From: a bacterium
Lineage (GTDB): Bacteria; Margulisbacteria; Marinamargulisbacteria; SXXA01
Assembly (NCBI GenBank): GCA_947465765.1
Contig: CANIAP010000005.1
Span: 11,860 to 75,859, forward strand
Length of the DNA stretch: 64,000 bases
Direction of reading: 5' to 3'
The position numbers and the translations under genes were made by a program. The notes below the pieces were generated by a model. It was given only the letters and a program-made list of their open reading frames with translations, was not told where the DNA came from and did not search any database. Below, piece by piece: positions 18,711 through 28,982 of the stretch; the first letter of the stretch is position 1; the number at the start of each line of letters is the position of its first letter.

Positions 18711-18740
18711 GGCCAGCATACGTATGCTGGCCTTTTTTTT
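18711..18740 (+). terminator. Rho-independent terminator
   Basis: GGCCAGCATACGTATGCTGGCC palindrome (18711-18732) followed by T8 (18733-18740). Confidence 0.8.
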
Positions 18741-18761
18741 GTCATAGTGAAAGGTGTCTAT

Positions 18762-19298
18762 ATGGCTAAAACTGATTTCCCTGGCGAATTTAAGCTTGAA
18801 TCCCCGGTTCTTGACCCCAGTGTTTTTGTCGCTTCCGGAGCAAGGTTAATTGGTAATATTACTATTGGTGAGCTTAGCTCTGTTTGGTACAACGCTGTTC
18901 TGCGTGCAGATATCAATCGAATTGTGATTGGTATTTCATCAAATATTCAGGATGGTGCGATTTTGCATCTTGAAAATGAACTGGGCTGCTATGTAGGAAA
19001 TCATGTGACGGTGGGGCATGGGGCAATATTGCATGGATGTACAATTGACGATGCGGTTGTAGTCGGTATGGGAGCCATTGTCTTGAACGGAGCTGTGATC
19101 GGGACCGGATCGATTATTGGCGCGGGTGCCGTCATTAAAGAGGGGGCTCAGATTCCCCCATACTCATTAGTAGTGGGTATCCCTGGGAAGATCGTGAGAA
19201 CCTTGCCGTTGGATACGGTTGCCCAAAATATCGCGTGGGCCATTAAATATGTTCGCCTAGCTCAAGAACATCAGAAAACAAGCTCGGAATCAAAGTAA
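18762..19298 (+). CDS. Gamma-class carbonic anhydrase family / hexapeptide-repeat protein (YrdA/PaaY-like)
   Basis: Left-handed beta-helix hexapeptide repeats with the conserved SVWYNAVLRAD...IQDGAILH...VGHGAILHGC pattern. I prefer the ATG at 18762 to the GTG at 18747. Confidence 0.88.
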   Translation: MAKTDFPGEFKLESPVLDPSVFVASGARLIGNITIGELSSVWYNAVLRADINRIVIGISSNIQDGAILHLENELGCYVGNHVTVGHGAILHGCTIDDAVVVGMGAIVLNGAVIGTGSIIGAGAVIKEGAQIPPYSLVVGIPGKIVRTLPLDTVAQNIAWAIKYVRLAQEHQKTSSESK

Positions 19299-19477
19299 TA
19301 TACTGCATCTCTGAGTGCGGGATATGCCTCGTAAATTTCGCTGCCGATGGAACAATCAAATATCATTGGAGACCCTCCGTAATTTATGGTTATGGAGTGA
19401 ATTCCCGCAATATCGTGTCCTGAAACATCGATTGGATCAGGAGTGCTTTTTGGTGGCCCGTTGGCGTTTTGCAACAA
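19271..19477 (-). CDS. Hypothetical small ORF (68 codons, TTG start), possibly the 3' part of a frameshifted gene
   Basis: Composition is protein-like (..IDVSGHDIAGIHSITINYGGSPMIFDCSIGSEIYEAYPALRDAVYYF..). There is no ATG or GTG start near the 5' end. It overlaps the upstream ORF by 41 nt and the convergent gamma-CA gene by 28 nt. Confidence 0.3.
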   Translation of the reverse strand: MLQNANGPPKSTPDPIDVSGHDIAGIHSITINYGGSPMIFDCSIGSEIYEAYPALRDAVYYFDSELVF

Positions 19478-19769
19478 GCTGAAAGGCCGCCAAAATATCG
19501 TCGGTTAGTTGTTCCGTAAATGTATCGATATCATTGGTTTGGCCCATTGAGAATGCGATCTCGGCCAACCCTTTTGCGACTCCGGCAATTTTTTCTCGTT
19601 TAACCTTGATGCGTTTTTTGTTGACTTCAAAAACAGCTTCGTTAGCCGCCGCTGCTGATGAGGCATTAATGTCGGAATCTCGGTCCGGAATCCGTGGGCC
19701 ATTGATTTTCGGGATAGACATTTTAGGCGGCCATAATAACCAAAAGAAACTGGTCCAACAAGCGTACAT
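19437..19769 (-). CDS. Hypothetical protein (~110 aa)
   Basis: The ATG at 19769 has AAGGA 9 nt upstream. A short hydrophobic N-terminus (YACWTSFFWLLWPP) is followed by charged helical sequence (KKRIKVKREKIAGVAKGLAEIAF...). No family is recognised. The track start at 19802 is also possible. Confidence 0.45.
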   Translation of the reverse strand: MYACWTSFFWLLWPPKMSIPKINGPRIPDRDSDINASSAAAANEAVFEVNKKRIKVKREKIAGVAKGLAEIAFSMGQTNDIDTFTEQLTDDILAAFQLVAKRQRATKKHS

Positions 19770-19868
19770 TTTTTTTGTTCCTTTCGGTCGGTTGCTACAC
19801 AATTTGGGGTGTCTCCACTACAATGCCGCGTCGATGTTTCTTTTACTTCTTTGAGGCGGTGCCTGGTG

Positions 19869-21077
19869 ATGTCAGAACTACAAATTGCTGCAGCTGCAGA
19901 AAAATTCAAGGCGATTATTGCGACTCAACTTAAGCGGGTCGAAGCGATGAAAGAGGACCTTCAATGGGTTGATTTTGCGGCACTTGACTCAATTGTGATT
20001 GGGGTATGTGGCGGGGATGGAATTGGACCCACTATTTGCTCTGAATCTCAACGTATTTTAGAGGCCGTATTGGCGAATGAACTAACGTCTGGGCGCGTTC
20101 AGTTTAAACGTATTGACGGATTAACCATTGAAAATAGAGTTAAGGAAAATAAGGCGATTCCCGAAGATGTGCTCGCTGCTCTAAAAACATGTCACGTTAT
20201 TCTAAAGGGACCTACAACCACTCCCCAGAAGGGAGATATTTGGCCGAATATTGAAAGTGCCAACGTTGCGATGCGGAGGGAATTGGATTTGTTTGGCAAC
20301 GTCCGCCCGGTTAAGGTTGCAAAAGAAGACATTGATTGGACATTCTTTAGAGAAAATACCGAGGGCGAATATGTTCTGGGGTCTCAAGGATTTGATGTGT
20401 CGGATGATCTCAGTGTCGATTTTAAAGTGACTACAGAGCAAGGGTCTGAGCGGATCATTCGCCTTGCATTTGAATTTGCAAAAAAAAATAATAAAAAAAG
20501 AGTCACGGTGGTGACCAAATCTAACGTAATTAAAACGACAGACGGTCGATTTTCATCGGTGGCAAAGCGGATAGCGGCAGAGTATCAATCGGACGGGATT
20601 ATCTGTGATGAATGGTATATCGATATTATGACGGCCAAGTTGCTGGATCCTGAGCGTCGGAACCAATTTGAAGTTATGGTGATGCCCAATTTATACGGCG
20701 ATATTATTACGGATGAAGCGGCACAAATTCAGGGTGGGGTTGGGACTGCGGGCAGTGCCAACATTGGGGCGCGATGGTCGATGTTTGAGGCGATTCATGG
20801 ATCCGCACCCCGGATGGTGGTAGAGGGACGGGCGCAATACGCGGATCCGTCGTCGATGATTAAGGCGGTGGCAATGCTGGCGCGACATATTGGATTTTCA
20901 GATGCGGCTGAGCGTATTGAGAAGGCGCTAGAAATTTGTGTTCAGTTTGAGCGAAAAATTAAAGTGACGGGTCGTAGTGATGGGGCAACGGCTGGAGAAT
21001 TTTCCACTTATGTTCTTGATTGGGTTAATCATCCTGATTTGAATGGTACATACGCCCAATTTTGTAAACAGTCATGA
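19869..21077 (+). CDS. Isocitrate/isopropylmalate dehydrogenase family protein, most like prokaryotic isocitrate dehydrogenase
   Basis: GGDGIGP, KGPTTTP..ESANVAMRRELDLFGNVRP, FRENTEGEY, NLYGDIITDEAAQ..GG.G, EAIHGSAP. I place the start at the ATG at 19869 (MSELQ...). The track start at 19809 would run into the divergent promoter region. Confidence 0.85.
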   Translation: MSELQIAAAAEKFKAIIATQLKRVEAMKEDLQWVDFAALDSIVIGVCGGDGIGPTICSESQRILEAVLANELTSGRVQFKRIDGLTIENRVKENKAIPEDVLAALKTCHVILKGPTTTPQKGDIWPNIESANVAMRRELDLFGNVRPVKVAKEDIDWTFFRENTEGEYVLGSQGFDVSDDLSVDFKVTTEQGSERIIRLAFEFAKKNNKKRVTVVTKSNVIKTTDGRFSSVAKRIAAEYQSDGIICDEWYIDIMTAKLLDPERRNQFEVMVMPNLYGDIITDEAAQIQGGVGTAGSANIGARWSMFEAIHGSAPRMVVEGRAQYADPSSMIKAVAMLARHIGFSDAAERIEKALEICVQFERKIKVTGRSDGATAGEFSTYVLDWVNHPDLNGTYAQFCKQS

Positions 21078-22093
21078 TTGAAGCGCAGTTAAAAGAGCTC
21101 GAAAAGCAGGCACATGTTGAGTTGTCCCATGCCGCCGGTGTTCAGGATATCGAGGCGTTGCGGGTCAAATACCTGGGGAAAAAGGGAGCCCTTACCGATA
21201 TTCTCAAAGGACTTGCGGGGGTAGATGCGTCTGAACGTCCCCGCATTGGGCAGCTGGCCAATCAATTCAAAACCGAATTGTCGGAGCAATTGACGATTAA
21301 GTCAGACGGATTTAGTGCGACTGAAAATCGCGCTCGGCTTGAACGCGACCGTGTGGATATTCACCTACCATCTTTTAGACGGAATACCGGTCGGCTCCAT
21401 CCGGTTCAACGGGTGATGCGGGAAGTTCAGGAGATTTTTGGTCGACTGGGGTTTAGTGTTAAAGAGGGCCCCGACGTCGAGACGGAACATTATAACTTTG
21501 AATCTCTCAATATTCCGTCGGATCATCCGGCGAGGGACATGCACGACACGTTTTATCTTAAAATGGGCCAATTGTTGAGAACTCATACATCCCCTGTCCA
21601 AATTCGGACCATGGAAACTCAACGTCCACCGATAAAGATAATTGTGCCAGGAAATGTGTATCGGTGCGATATGGATATTACTCATTCGCCCATGTTTCAT
21701 CAGGTTGAAGGTCTGTATGTCGATGAATCGGTCTCGTTTGCCCAACTTAAGGGAACGTTGACCTATTTTTTGAGAGAATTTTTTGGACACGAGCGGGATG
21801 TTCGGTTTAGACCGAGCTATTTTCCGTTTACAGAGCCCTCCACCGAAGTGGATGTCCAATGTGGTCGGTGTGAAGGGTCGGGTTGTGCATCCTGTAAATA
21901 TAGCGGATGGCTCGAAATTTTGGGTGCGGGCATGGTTAACCGAAAAGTTTTTGAAAGCGTGGGGTACGATCCGGATGAAGTCACCGGATTTGCGTTTGGG
22001 ATCGGAATCGAACGGCTGGCAATGTTGAAATATAAGATCTCGGATATTCGACTCCTATACGAGAATGATCTTCGGTTTTTGAGTCAATTTTGA
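21074..22093 (+). CDS. pheS: Phenylalanine--tRNA ligase alpha subunit
   Basis: Class II aaRS motifs (HPARDMHDTFY, FRPSYFPFTEPS, GFAFGIGIERLAM). ATGA overlap with the preceding gene. Confidence 0.95.
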   Translation: MIEAQLKELEKQAHVELSHAAGVQDIEALRVKYLGKKGALTDILKGLAGVDASERPRIGQLANQFKTELSEQLTIKSDGFSATENRARLERDRVDIHLPSFRRNTGRLHPVQRVMREVQEIFGRLGFSVKEGPDVETEHYNFESLNIPSDHPARDMHDTFYLKMGQLLRTHTSPVQIRTMETQRPPIKIIVPGNVYRCDMDITHSPMFHQVEGLYVDESVSFAQLKGTLTYFLREFFGHERDVRFRPSYFPFTEPSTEVDVQCGRCEGSGCASCKYSGWLEILGAGMVNRKVFESVGYDPDEVTGFAFGIGIERLAMLKYKISDIRLLYENDLRFLSQF

Positions 22094-22121
22094 GTGAATG
22101 TAAAATGAAGGATCACACCCA

Positions 22122-24515
22122 ATGAAATTTCCATTGTCATGGATAGCGGACTACGTTGACCTTACCGGGATTACCCCATCTGAATTGGCGGACCGACTCA
22201 ATCGATCGGGATTTGAGGTTGAAGAAGTCATTAATGTCGGGGAATCCTTATGTAATATTATAACGGGACGTATTGAGTCGATCTCTAAACATCCCAATGC
22301 AGATCGATTGCAGGTCACTCAGATTTTTGACGGGGCGACGATTCACCAAGTGGTGACGGGTGCTCAAAATATTTCGGAAGGCGATATTGTTCCTGTCAGC
22401 CTTCCCGGGGCGGTTCTTGCCAATGGGTTGACGATTAAGCCGAGCCAATTGAGGGGTGTTCCGTCGAACGGGATGTTGTGTTCTGAAACGGAGCTGGGTA
22501 TTTCTGATACGGCATCTGGGATTTGGATATTAGACCCAGCGACGCAGTTGGGGGTTGATTTCGTTGTGGAGGGGTTACTCAAAGACACGATTTTAGACGT
22601 TTCTATTCTTCCCAATCGGGGCGATTGTCAAAGTATGTTAGGGCTGGCTCGAGAAATTAGTGTTCTGTTGAATCGACCGCTACGGCTGCCGCCGATGGAT
22701 TATTCGGTGACAGAATCAATTGAAAAATGGCAGATTAATATTACCGAGCCAGAGGTCTGTCCGATTTATTTTGGACAACGAGTGGATCGTGTGACCAATG
22801 GTGTTGCACCTCTGAAAATGCGACGGCGGTTAGCCTTAGCGGGCATCCGGTCGGTGGATCGCATTGTAGATATTACTAATTACGTTATGCTGGAGACCGG
22901 TCAGCCGCTTCACGCATTTGATAAAAATGAGTTATCTGGGACGACACTCACCGTTGGAAACGCGATGTCTGGCGAAATGGCGCAAACCTTAGATGATGAA
23001 GTTCGAGAGTTAAATGTGCGGATTCCGGTGATTAGAGATGAAGCCTCCGTTGTTGCGATTGCAGGGGTTATGGGGGGTCAACGCGGGTCGATTTCAGAGA
23101 AAACAACCGCTTTGTTTCTAGAGGCGGCGTATTTTTCACCGACTCGGGTGAGGAAATCACGGTCTGAATTGGGACTTCGAACCGAGAGTGCGATTCGGTT
23201 TGAAAAGGGAGTGGATCCGAATGGCGTTCGATTTGCGCTTCACCGGGCGTTGCACCTTCTCCAGGAACTTGCGGGGGCAACGAGTGTAGGGGCATCAGTT
23301 GAGCATATGGATGTGACACATCCCATTTTGGCTGAACGAGATGTGGCATTTAATTCAGAAAAAATTAATCGATTGTTGGGGACGGACTATTCTCGTTCAG
23401 ATATGGCGCAGGTGTTGACCTCACTGGGATTTGATCTGTCTGAAACCACGGCGCGTGTGCCGAGCTGGCGTCGACATGATATTAAAGAGTGGCCTTGTTT
23501 GGCGGAAGAAATCGCTCGGATTCAAGGGTACGATCCGATTCCGGAGGCTCTTGATTTTCGGATGGTGGTTCAAGAAAAACCATCTCGACTATCAACTATC
23601 GCGACGGTCTCGGAGACGTTTTGGGTAGACCAGGGGTTTCAGCAAGTTCAAACGTTCACGATGGTGTCTCCGGATGATTTTAAAGCAACCCAAATTCCGA
23701 TGCCTTCCGAATGGCTTCAAATTCAGAACCCGTTAACCCCGTCAGAGTCGATTCTTCGTCGGTATTTGATGCCGTCGCTACTTCGGACGGTTTCCTATAA
23801 TTTGAAACGACAAAATACCGACCTTCAATTGTTTGAAGTTGGAAAAGTGTTTTATTTGGCCCAACAAGGGGAGATTCGGGAACATTTGGTTTGCGGGGCA
23901 ATTTGTACGGGTAATCGGTTCGTATCTCCCTATTCAGAGGCTGAAAAGGCGGCGGAGCAGCCCTCATTTTTTCACCTTAAGGGACTCGTCGAAGAATTGT
24001 TGAGTCAGCTCCGAGTCTGCGGAATTTCATATGGGGTGTCGGTGTATCCTCAATATCATCCCCATATGAGTGCGGATATTCGAATTGGGGACATTACGAT
24101 TGGTAATGTTGGGTTTTTCCATCCTGATATTTTGGAAAATTACGATATTCGGCAACCGGTTGGGTATATTGGCCTAAATTTGTCCGGGATTGCAGGCGTA
24201 CCGGTGGTTCCTATGGAATTTAAGTCATTTGGTCGATTTCCTCATACCCGCCGCGACCTGGCGATATTGGCACCGCGGACATTGGGGTATCAGGACATCG
24301 ACGCTAAAATACGTGAGTATTTGCCCGGTGATGCGGCGCATTATTTCCTATTTGATCAATTTGAGTCGGATAAAATTGGGATGGACAATAAGAGCCTGGC
24401 GTTTGGGTTTATATATCAAAATATGGATCGAACGTTATCCGATGATGAGGTCAACCATGCCCACGATGAATTTTGTCGGAAATTGACAGATTCTCTGCCC
24501 ATTTCGATTCGATAA
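22122..24515 (+). CDS. pheT: Phenylalanine--tRNA ligase beta subunit
   Basis: 797 aa. N-terminal tRNA-binding OB domain (KHPNADRLQVTQI), B3/4 and B5 regions, and a C-terminal FDX-ACB-like domain. It lies directly after pheS. Confidence 0.95.
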   Translation: MKFPLSWIADYVDLTGITPSELADRLNRSGFEVEEVINVGESLCNIITGRIESISKHPNADRLQVTQIFDGATIHQVVTGAQNISEGDIVPVSLPGAVLANGLTIKPSQLRGVPSNGMLCSETELGISDTASGIWILDPATQLGVDFVVEGLLKDTILDVSILPNRGDCQSMLGLAREISVLLNRPLRLPPMDYSVTESIEKWQINITEPEVCPIYFGQRVDRVTNGVAPLKMRRRLALAGIRSVDRIVDITNYVMLETGQPLHAFDKNELSGTTLTVGNAMSGEMAQTLDDEVRELNVRIPVIRDEASVVAIAGVMGGQRGSISEKTTALFLEAAYFSPTRVRKSRSELGLRTESAIRFEKGVDPNGVRFALHRALHLLQELAGATSVGASVEHMDVTHPILAERDVAFNSEKINRLLGTDYSRSDMAQVLTSLGFDLSETTARVPSWRRHDIKEWPCLAEEIARIQGYDPIPEALDFRMVVQEKPSRLSTIATVSETFWVDQGFQQVQTFTMVSPDDFKATQIPMPSEWLQIQNPLTPSESILRRYLMPSLLRTVSYNLKRQNTDLQLFEVGKVFYLAQQGEIREHLVCGAICTGNRFVSPYSEAEKAAEQPSFFHLKGLVEELLSQLRVCGISYGVSVYPQYHPHMSADIRIGDITIGNVGFFHPDILENYDIRQPVGYIGLNLSGIAGVPVVPMEFKSFGRFPHTRRDLAILAPRTLGYQDIDAKIREYLPGDAAHYFLFDQFESDKIGMDNKSLAFGFIYQNMDRTLSDDEVNHAHDEFCRKLTDSLPISIR

Positions 24516-24516
24516 G

Positions 24517-26985
24517 GTGATAGATCAGACGTCTCAATTAACGAATGATCCGTTGAATACCCCGATGCTCCGCCAGTATTTGGAGATTAAAGCGGGGGTT
24601 CCGGATGCCATTCTTTTTTTTCGCCTAGGCGACTTTTATGAAATGTTTTTAGACGATGCCAAAGTCGCCGCGAGGGAACTCGAACTCACCTTAACCGGAC
24701 GGGGTAAAGAGGGGAATCGGGTGCCGATGTGTGGAATTCCCCATCACGCATCGGAATCCTATATTCAAAAGTTGGTGGGTCGGGGATATAAAGTGGCCAT
24801 TTGTGAGCAGACGGAAGCGGCATCTCATTCTAAGGGCATTACTAAACGAGATGTTGTTCAAATTATAACCCCGGGGACGGTCATTTCATCGGCGGGTTTA
24901 CGGGAGAACGAATGCAATTATTTGTTAGCATTTGCACCGTTGAAGACTGGATATTCAATATCATTTCTTGAACTATCTACAGGTGAATTTAAAGTGGCCA
25001 GGGTAGTTGATCGGGTACAGTTAGATATACAGATCGCAAGATTGGCGTCCCGAGAAGTGGTTATTCCGACAGTAATGGATTTTGATTTGCGCGACGGGGT
25101 GGTTGTGAATCGATCTGATTTTTTAAATCCAGATCGGGCTGCGTCAATGATTGCGGGGCATTTTAAGCTATCTTCAGTCGATGCCTGGGGTGTCGGGGAT
25201 TGGTTGGATTGCCTTCCGGCAGCATGGGCGATATTAGAATACGCAAAATATGCTCAAAAAAATGCGATTCCGCAGATTGTCTCGCTTCAGCCGCATCGAT
25301 TTGACGATGGGATGATGATGGATCGGACAACGATGCACAATCTTGAATTGGTTCAAGGCCGGGATTCGGTAACAAAGCAAACGACACTATTTTCTCTTCT
25401 GAATTATACGCGGACGGCGATGGGGGGCCGGAAGTTAAAGCAGGTGGTTCAAGAGCCAATTTGCAATGTTCGGCGAATTGACTCGCGGTTGGATGCGGTT
25501 GAAGATCTGGTTAATGATGTCGTCACCCGGGAGGAAATTCGTACTGCCTTGACCGATGTCTATGATATTGAGCGGCTTACGGCCCGTATTGCGGCCGGCA
25601 CTCATAATCCAAGGGATTGCATTGCCCTTAAAGAATCTCTTGGGGCGCTTAGTGGGTTGGGGGAACTATTGGATCGGTTCAAGAGTCGATTTTTTCGACG
25701 TCAGGCCCAATATTTTTTTGGAATTCGGCATCAGACGTCACCAATTTCAACGATTGTTCGATTGGTTGCTACGGCGATTGTGGAGGCACCTCCGGTTTCT
25801 TCCCGTGACGGGGGAATTATCCGGGATGGCTATAGCCCTGAATTGTTGCAACTGAAGGCGTCCTTTGCCGAAGTGAGAGAATGGGTGAGCGGGCTGGAGG
25901 AAATTGAGCGTGAATCCACTGGGATTAAGTCTCTTAAAGTCGGATTTAATAAGGTGTTTGGATACTATATTGAACTCCCAAATTCACAAAAAGATAAAGC
26001 CCCACTGCATTATGTTCGTAAACAAACCTTGGCCAATGCCGAACGGTATATTACCCCGGATTTAAAAGAAAAAGAGATCGTTTTGTTGAACGGGGAAGAG
26101 CGGCAAAATGCGTTAGAGTTTGAATTATTTCAATCGATCGTTCAGGAAATTTCGGCCTACACGGGCGCTTTGCAAGAATGTGCTGGGTACCTTGCGGAAT
26201 TGGATTGTATTCAATCAATAGCCACCGCGTCGCAGCGTAACGGGTATGTCCGACCGACGTTTGTTGAGTCTGGAAATGGCATATTGGATATTCAAAAAGG
26301 TCGCCATCCGATTGTTGAACAAAATATGGGGGCGGCGTTTGTTTCGAATACGGTTGAAATGGCAGGCGACAACGCTCGGTTTATTTTGCTGACAGGCCCC
26401 AATATGGCAGGAAAATCAACCTTTATGAGGCAGGTTGCATTGATTGTCGTAATGGCGCAGATCGGCTGTTTTGTTCCAGCCGAATCCCTCAAATTATCTC
26501 CGGTCGATTGTTTGTATACCCGAATTGGTGCGCTGGATAATTTGTATTTGGGCCAATCCACGTTTATGGTTGAGATGTTGGAAACCGCTGCGATATTGGC
26601 AAATGCAACCCCGAATAGTCTGATTATTCTTGATGAAATAGGGCGGGGGACGTCAACATTTGATGGAATGAGTTTGGCCTGTGCGATTAGTGAATATATC
26701 CATACTCAGATTAATGCGAGAACCTTATTTGCCACCCATTATCATGAATTGACCGTTCTGGAGCAGGCCTATTCTGGGATTGTCAATTACACCATGGAAA
26801 TCTCGGAAATAGACGGTCAACTGGTGTTTACTCACCGGTTTATCCGGGGGACTGCGGATAAAAGTTATGGGATTCATGTCGCCAAAATGGCAGGAATTCC
26901 CGACGTGGTGATTGAGCAAGCACAGGCGCTATTAGATGGATTTGAGCGTGAAGGTGTCGAATTTTTAAAGAAAAAGGTGATGTAG
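24517..26985 (+). CDS. mutS: DNA mismatch repair protein MutS
   Basis: GTG start 2 nt after the pheT stop. TPMLRQYLEIK and FFRLGDFYEMF mismatch-binding motifs, Walker A GPNMAGKSTFMRQ, and DEIGRGTSTFDG. Confidence 0.95.
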   Translation: MIDQTSQLTNDPLNTPMLRQYLEIKAGVPDAILFFRLGDFYEMFLDDAKVAARELELTLTGRGKEGNRVPMCGIPHHASESYIQKLVGRGYKVAICEQTEAASHSKGITKRDVVQIITPGTVISSAGLRENECNYLLAFAPLKTGYSISFLELSTGEFKVARVVDRVQLDIQIARLASREVVIPTVMDFDLRDGVVVNRSDFLNPDRAASMIAGHFKLSSVDAWGVGDWLDCLPAAWAILEYAKYAQKNAIPQIVSLQPHRFDDGMMMDRTTMHNLELVQGRDSVTKQTTLFSLLNYTRTAMGGRKLKQVVQEPICNVRRIDSRLDAVEDLVNDVVTREEIRTALTDVYDIERLTARIAAGTHNPRDCIALKESLGALSGLGELLDRFKSRFFRRQAQYFFGIRHQTSPISTIVRLVATAIVEAPPVSSRDGGIIRDGYSPELLQLKASFAEVREWVSGLEEIERESTGIKSLKVGFNKVFGYYIELPNSQKDKAPLHYVRKQTLANAERYITPDLKEKEIVLLNGEERQNALEFELFQSIVQEISAYTGALQECAGYLAELDCIQSIATASQRNGYVRPTFVESGNGILDIQKGRHPIVEQNMGAAFVSNTVEMAGDNARFILLTGPNMAGKSTFMRQVALIVVMAQIGCFVPAESLKLSPVDCLYTRIGALDNLYLGQSTFMVEMLETAAILANATPNSLIILDEIGRGTSTFDGMSLACAISEYIHTQINARTLFATHYHELTVLEQAYSGIVNYTMEISEIDGQLVFTHRFIRGTADKSYGIHVAKMAGIPDVVIEQAQALLDGFEREGVEFLKKKVM

Positions 26986-27531
26986 ATGCAGATTGAACCC
27001 ACTCATTTAACAGGCTGCCATATTATTGAGCCCAAGGTCCATGGCGATTCTAGAGGGATTTTTTTTGAAATATACCAAAAAACAGCGTTTGAACAGGCGG
27101 GAGTGACGTCCTCATTTGTTCAAGAAAATCAAAGCCTTTCTAAAAAAGGCGTATTGAGGGGAATTCATTTTCAGAAGGCCCCTAAGGGCCAGGCAAAATT
27201 AGTGAGGGTGACTCGCGGGACGATATGGGATGTTGCAGTGGATCTCAATCCGGAGTCTCCGACCTTCCGCCAATGGATTGGGGTGGAGCTATCGGAACAC
27301 AACCGAAGGATGGCCTTGTTAGCCCCAGAAATGGGCCATGGATTTTATGTGGTTTCGGATCATGCGACGGTAGTCTATTTGTGTAGTGAAGTGTATTCGC
27401 CGGAACACGATGCCGGCGTTCGATGGAATGATCCAGACCTGGGTATTGACTGGCATTTGGACCCTAAAGGGGATCCGATATTGTCGGGCAAGGATCGGGA
27501 TTTGCCCTACCTGTCGGAACTGGATAACTGA
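26986..27531 (+). CDS. rfbC: dTDP-4-dehydrorhamnose 3,5-epimerase
   Basis: 181-aa cupin with RmlC motifs (DSRGIFFE, RGIHFQ, KLVRVTRGTIWDVAVDL, HGF). The ATG immediately follows the mutS stop. No other rfb genes are nearby. Confidence 0.9.
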   Translation: MQIEPTHLTGCHIIEPKVHGDSRGIFFEIYQKTAFEQAGVTSSFVQENQSLSKKGVLRGIHFQKAPKGQAKLVRVTRGTIWDVAVDLNPESPTFRQWIGVELSEHNRRMALLAPEMGHGFYVVSDHATVVYLCSEVYSPEHDAGVRWNDPDLGIDWHLDPKGDPILSGKDRDLPYLSELDN

Positions 27532-27545
27532 ATAAAATCTCTAGA

Positions 27546-28958
27546 TTACCTTGGGGCGAGCATATCCTCTGGGCGAACAAATTGATCAAACTCTGCTGCT
27601 GTAAGGAATCCGAGTGAAACACAGGCTTCCTTCAGTGATAGATTCTCTTTGTGGGCTTTTTTTGCCACCTGGGCGGCTTTGTCGTAGCCAATATGAGGGT
27701 TCAATGCGGTGACAAGCATCAACGATTTTTCTACATAGCGGTTGATTTGGGCTTCATTCGCAATGAGGCCTGACAGACAGTGCTCCAAGAAGTGGGACAT
27801 TGCATCTGTGAGCAACCGACATGAATGGATAAAATTATGGATAATTACCGGTTTGAAAACATTGAGTTCAAAATTACCTTGGCTTCCCGCGACAGAGATC
27901 GCGGTGTCGTTTCCAATGACCTGAACGCAGACCATCGTCATCGCTTCGCTTTGCGTGGGGTTCACTTTTCCGGGCATAATTGAAGATCCAGGCTCATTTT
28001 CGGGTAATATCAATTCATTAAGACCACAGCGAGGACCCGATCCCATCCATCGAATATCATTGGCTACTTTCATCAACGTCGAGGCCATTGTACGAAGGGC
28101 GCCACTGCCAAAGACCAATGGATCATTACTGGATAGTCCGGCGAATTTATTGGGCGCTGATATAAATGCAATTCCCGTAGTGAGTGCGATTTTGTTACTG
28201 ACGCGGTCGGCAAATTCGGGATGAGTGTTTAAGCCTGTGCCGACGGCAGTTCCGCCAATGGCTAACTCTAGAATGTCAGGGAGTATTTGGTTAAGGCGGC
28301 GAATGTTTTGATCCATTTGGGCGACGTACGCAGAAAATTCCTGACCCAAGGTTAAGGGAACCGCATCCATCAAATGAGTGCGTCCAATCTTAATAATAGT
28401 ATTAAAGGCATCCACTTTGGTTTGAAGACCATCTCTAAATTGCTGAGCCATGGGGATCAACTTATGAACCAATACTTCGGCGGCGGCGATATGCATCGCA
28501 GTGGGGAATGTATCGTTAGATGATTGTGACATATTGACGTCGTCATTGGGGTGGATGGGGGATTTACTTCCCAACATACCCCCCGCCATTTTTATTGCTC
28601 GATTTGATATCACTTCATTTACATTCATATTGGTCTGGGTCCCCGATCCAGTCTGCCAAATTCGGAGGGGGAAGTGGTCGTCAAGGGAGCCCGAAATCAC
28701 TTCATCGGATGCCTTCACAATGAGCTCTTTTTTATCGGAAGATAGTTTGCCTAATTCAAAATTGGTCAGCGCAGCGCATTGTTTTAAAATGCCAAACGCA
28801 CGAATTAATTCATGGGGCATTCGGTCCTCGCCAATCCCAAAATGATGGAGGGAACGCTGAGTTTGAGCTCCCCAATACCGATTATTTTGAACCTCGATTT
28901 TTCCCATGGTATCGGATTCGATACGCACGGATTCTGTCGTAATAGGGGATGATGTCAT
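27546..28958 (-). CDS. fumC: Class II fumarate hydratase
   Basis: Signature [15 protein letters not shown] plus the aspartase/fumarase family N-terminal motifs ([19 protein letters not shown]). Confidence 0.95.
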   Translation of the reverse strand: MTSSPITTESVRIESDTMGKIEVQNNRYWGAQTQRSLHHFGIGEDRMPHELIRAFGILKQCAALTNFELGKLSSDKKELIVKASDEVISGSLDDHFPLRIWQTGSGTQTNMNVNEVISNRAIKMAGGMLGSKSPIHPNDDVNMSQSSNDTFPTAMHIAAAEVLVHKLIPMAQQFRDGLQTKVDAFNTIIKIGRTHLMDAVPLTLGQEFSAYVAQMDQNIRRLNQILPDILELAIGGTAVGTGLNTHPEFADRVSNKIALTTGIAFISAPNKFAGLSSNDPLVFGSGALRTMASTLMKVANDIRWMGSGPRCGLNELILPENEPGSSIMPGKVNPTQSEAMTMVCVQVIGNDTAISVAGSQGNFELNVFKPVIIHNFIHSCRLLTDAMSHFLEHCLSGLIANEAQINRYVEKSLMLVTALNPHIGYDKAAQVAKKAHKENLSLKEACVSLGFLTAAEFDQFVRPEDMLAPR

Positions 28959-28982
28959 GGGGATTTCCTTAGTATTTTGAGC

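Noticed and set aside
19445-19453. The dnaX-like slippery motif C-AAA-AAG as a programmed -1 frameshift site joining the two small ORFs.
   Set aside because: The downstream ORF is in the +1 frame (equivalently -2) relative to the upstream one, not -1. The heptamer also lacks the first-position match. A simple homopolymer indel is the more economical explanation.
16946-19870. A genomic island or integrated element at the tRNA-Leu locus.
   Set aside because: There is no integrase, recombinase, phage or transposase gene. I could not find a direct repeat of the tRNA 3' end downstream. The neighbouring genes (gamma-CA, icd-like) are ordinary. Only the two orphan genes remain as a weak hint.
19505-19909. 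134-aa minus-strand ORF that spans the divergent promoter region and the start of the icd-like gene.
   Set aside because: Its composition is Arg/Ser/Cys/His-rich and unlike a real protein. It overlaps the better-supported 19437-19769 ORF out of frame and also the icd-like 5' end.
21365-21859. Long antisense ORFs inside well-supported genes, for example 164 aa opposite pheS, 124 aa opposite the NYN gene (52817-53191) and 137 aa opposite gap (63442-63855).
   Set aside because: All lie fully within strongly conserved sense genes. They have biased Arg/Ser/Pro-rich composition, no SD and no recognisable motifs. They are the expected chance frames.
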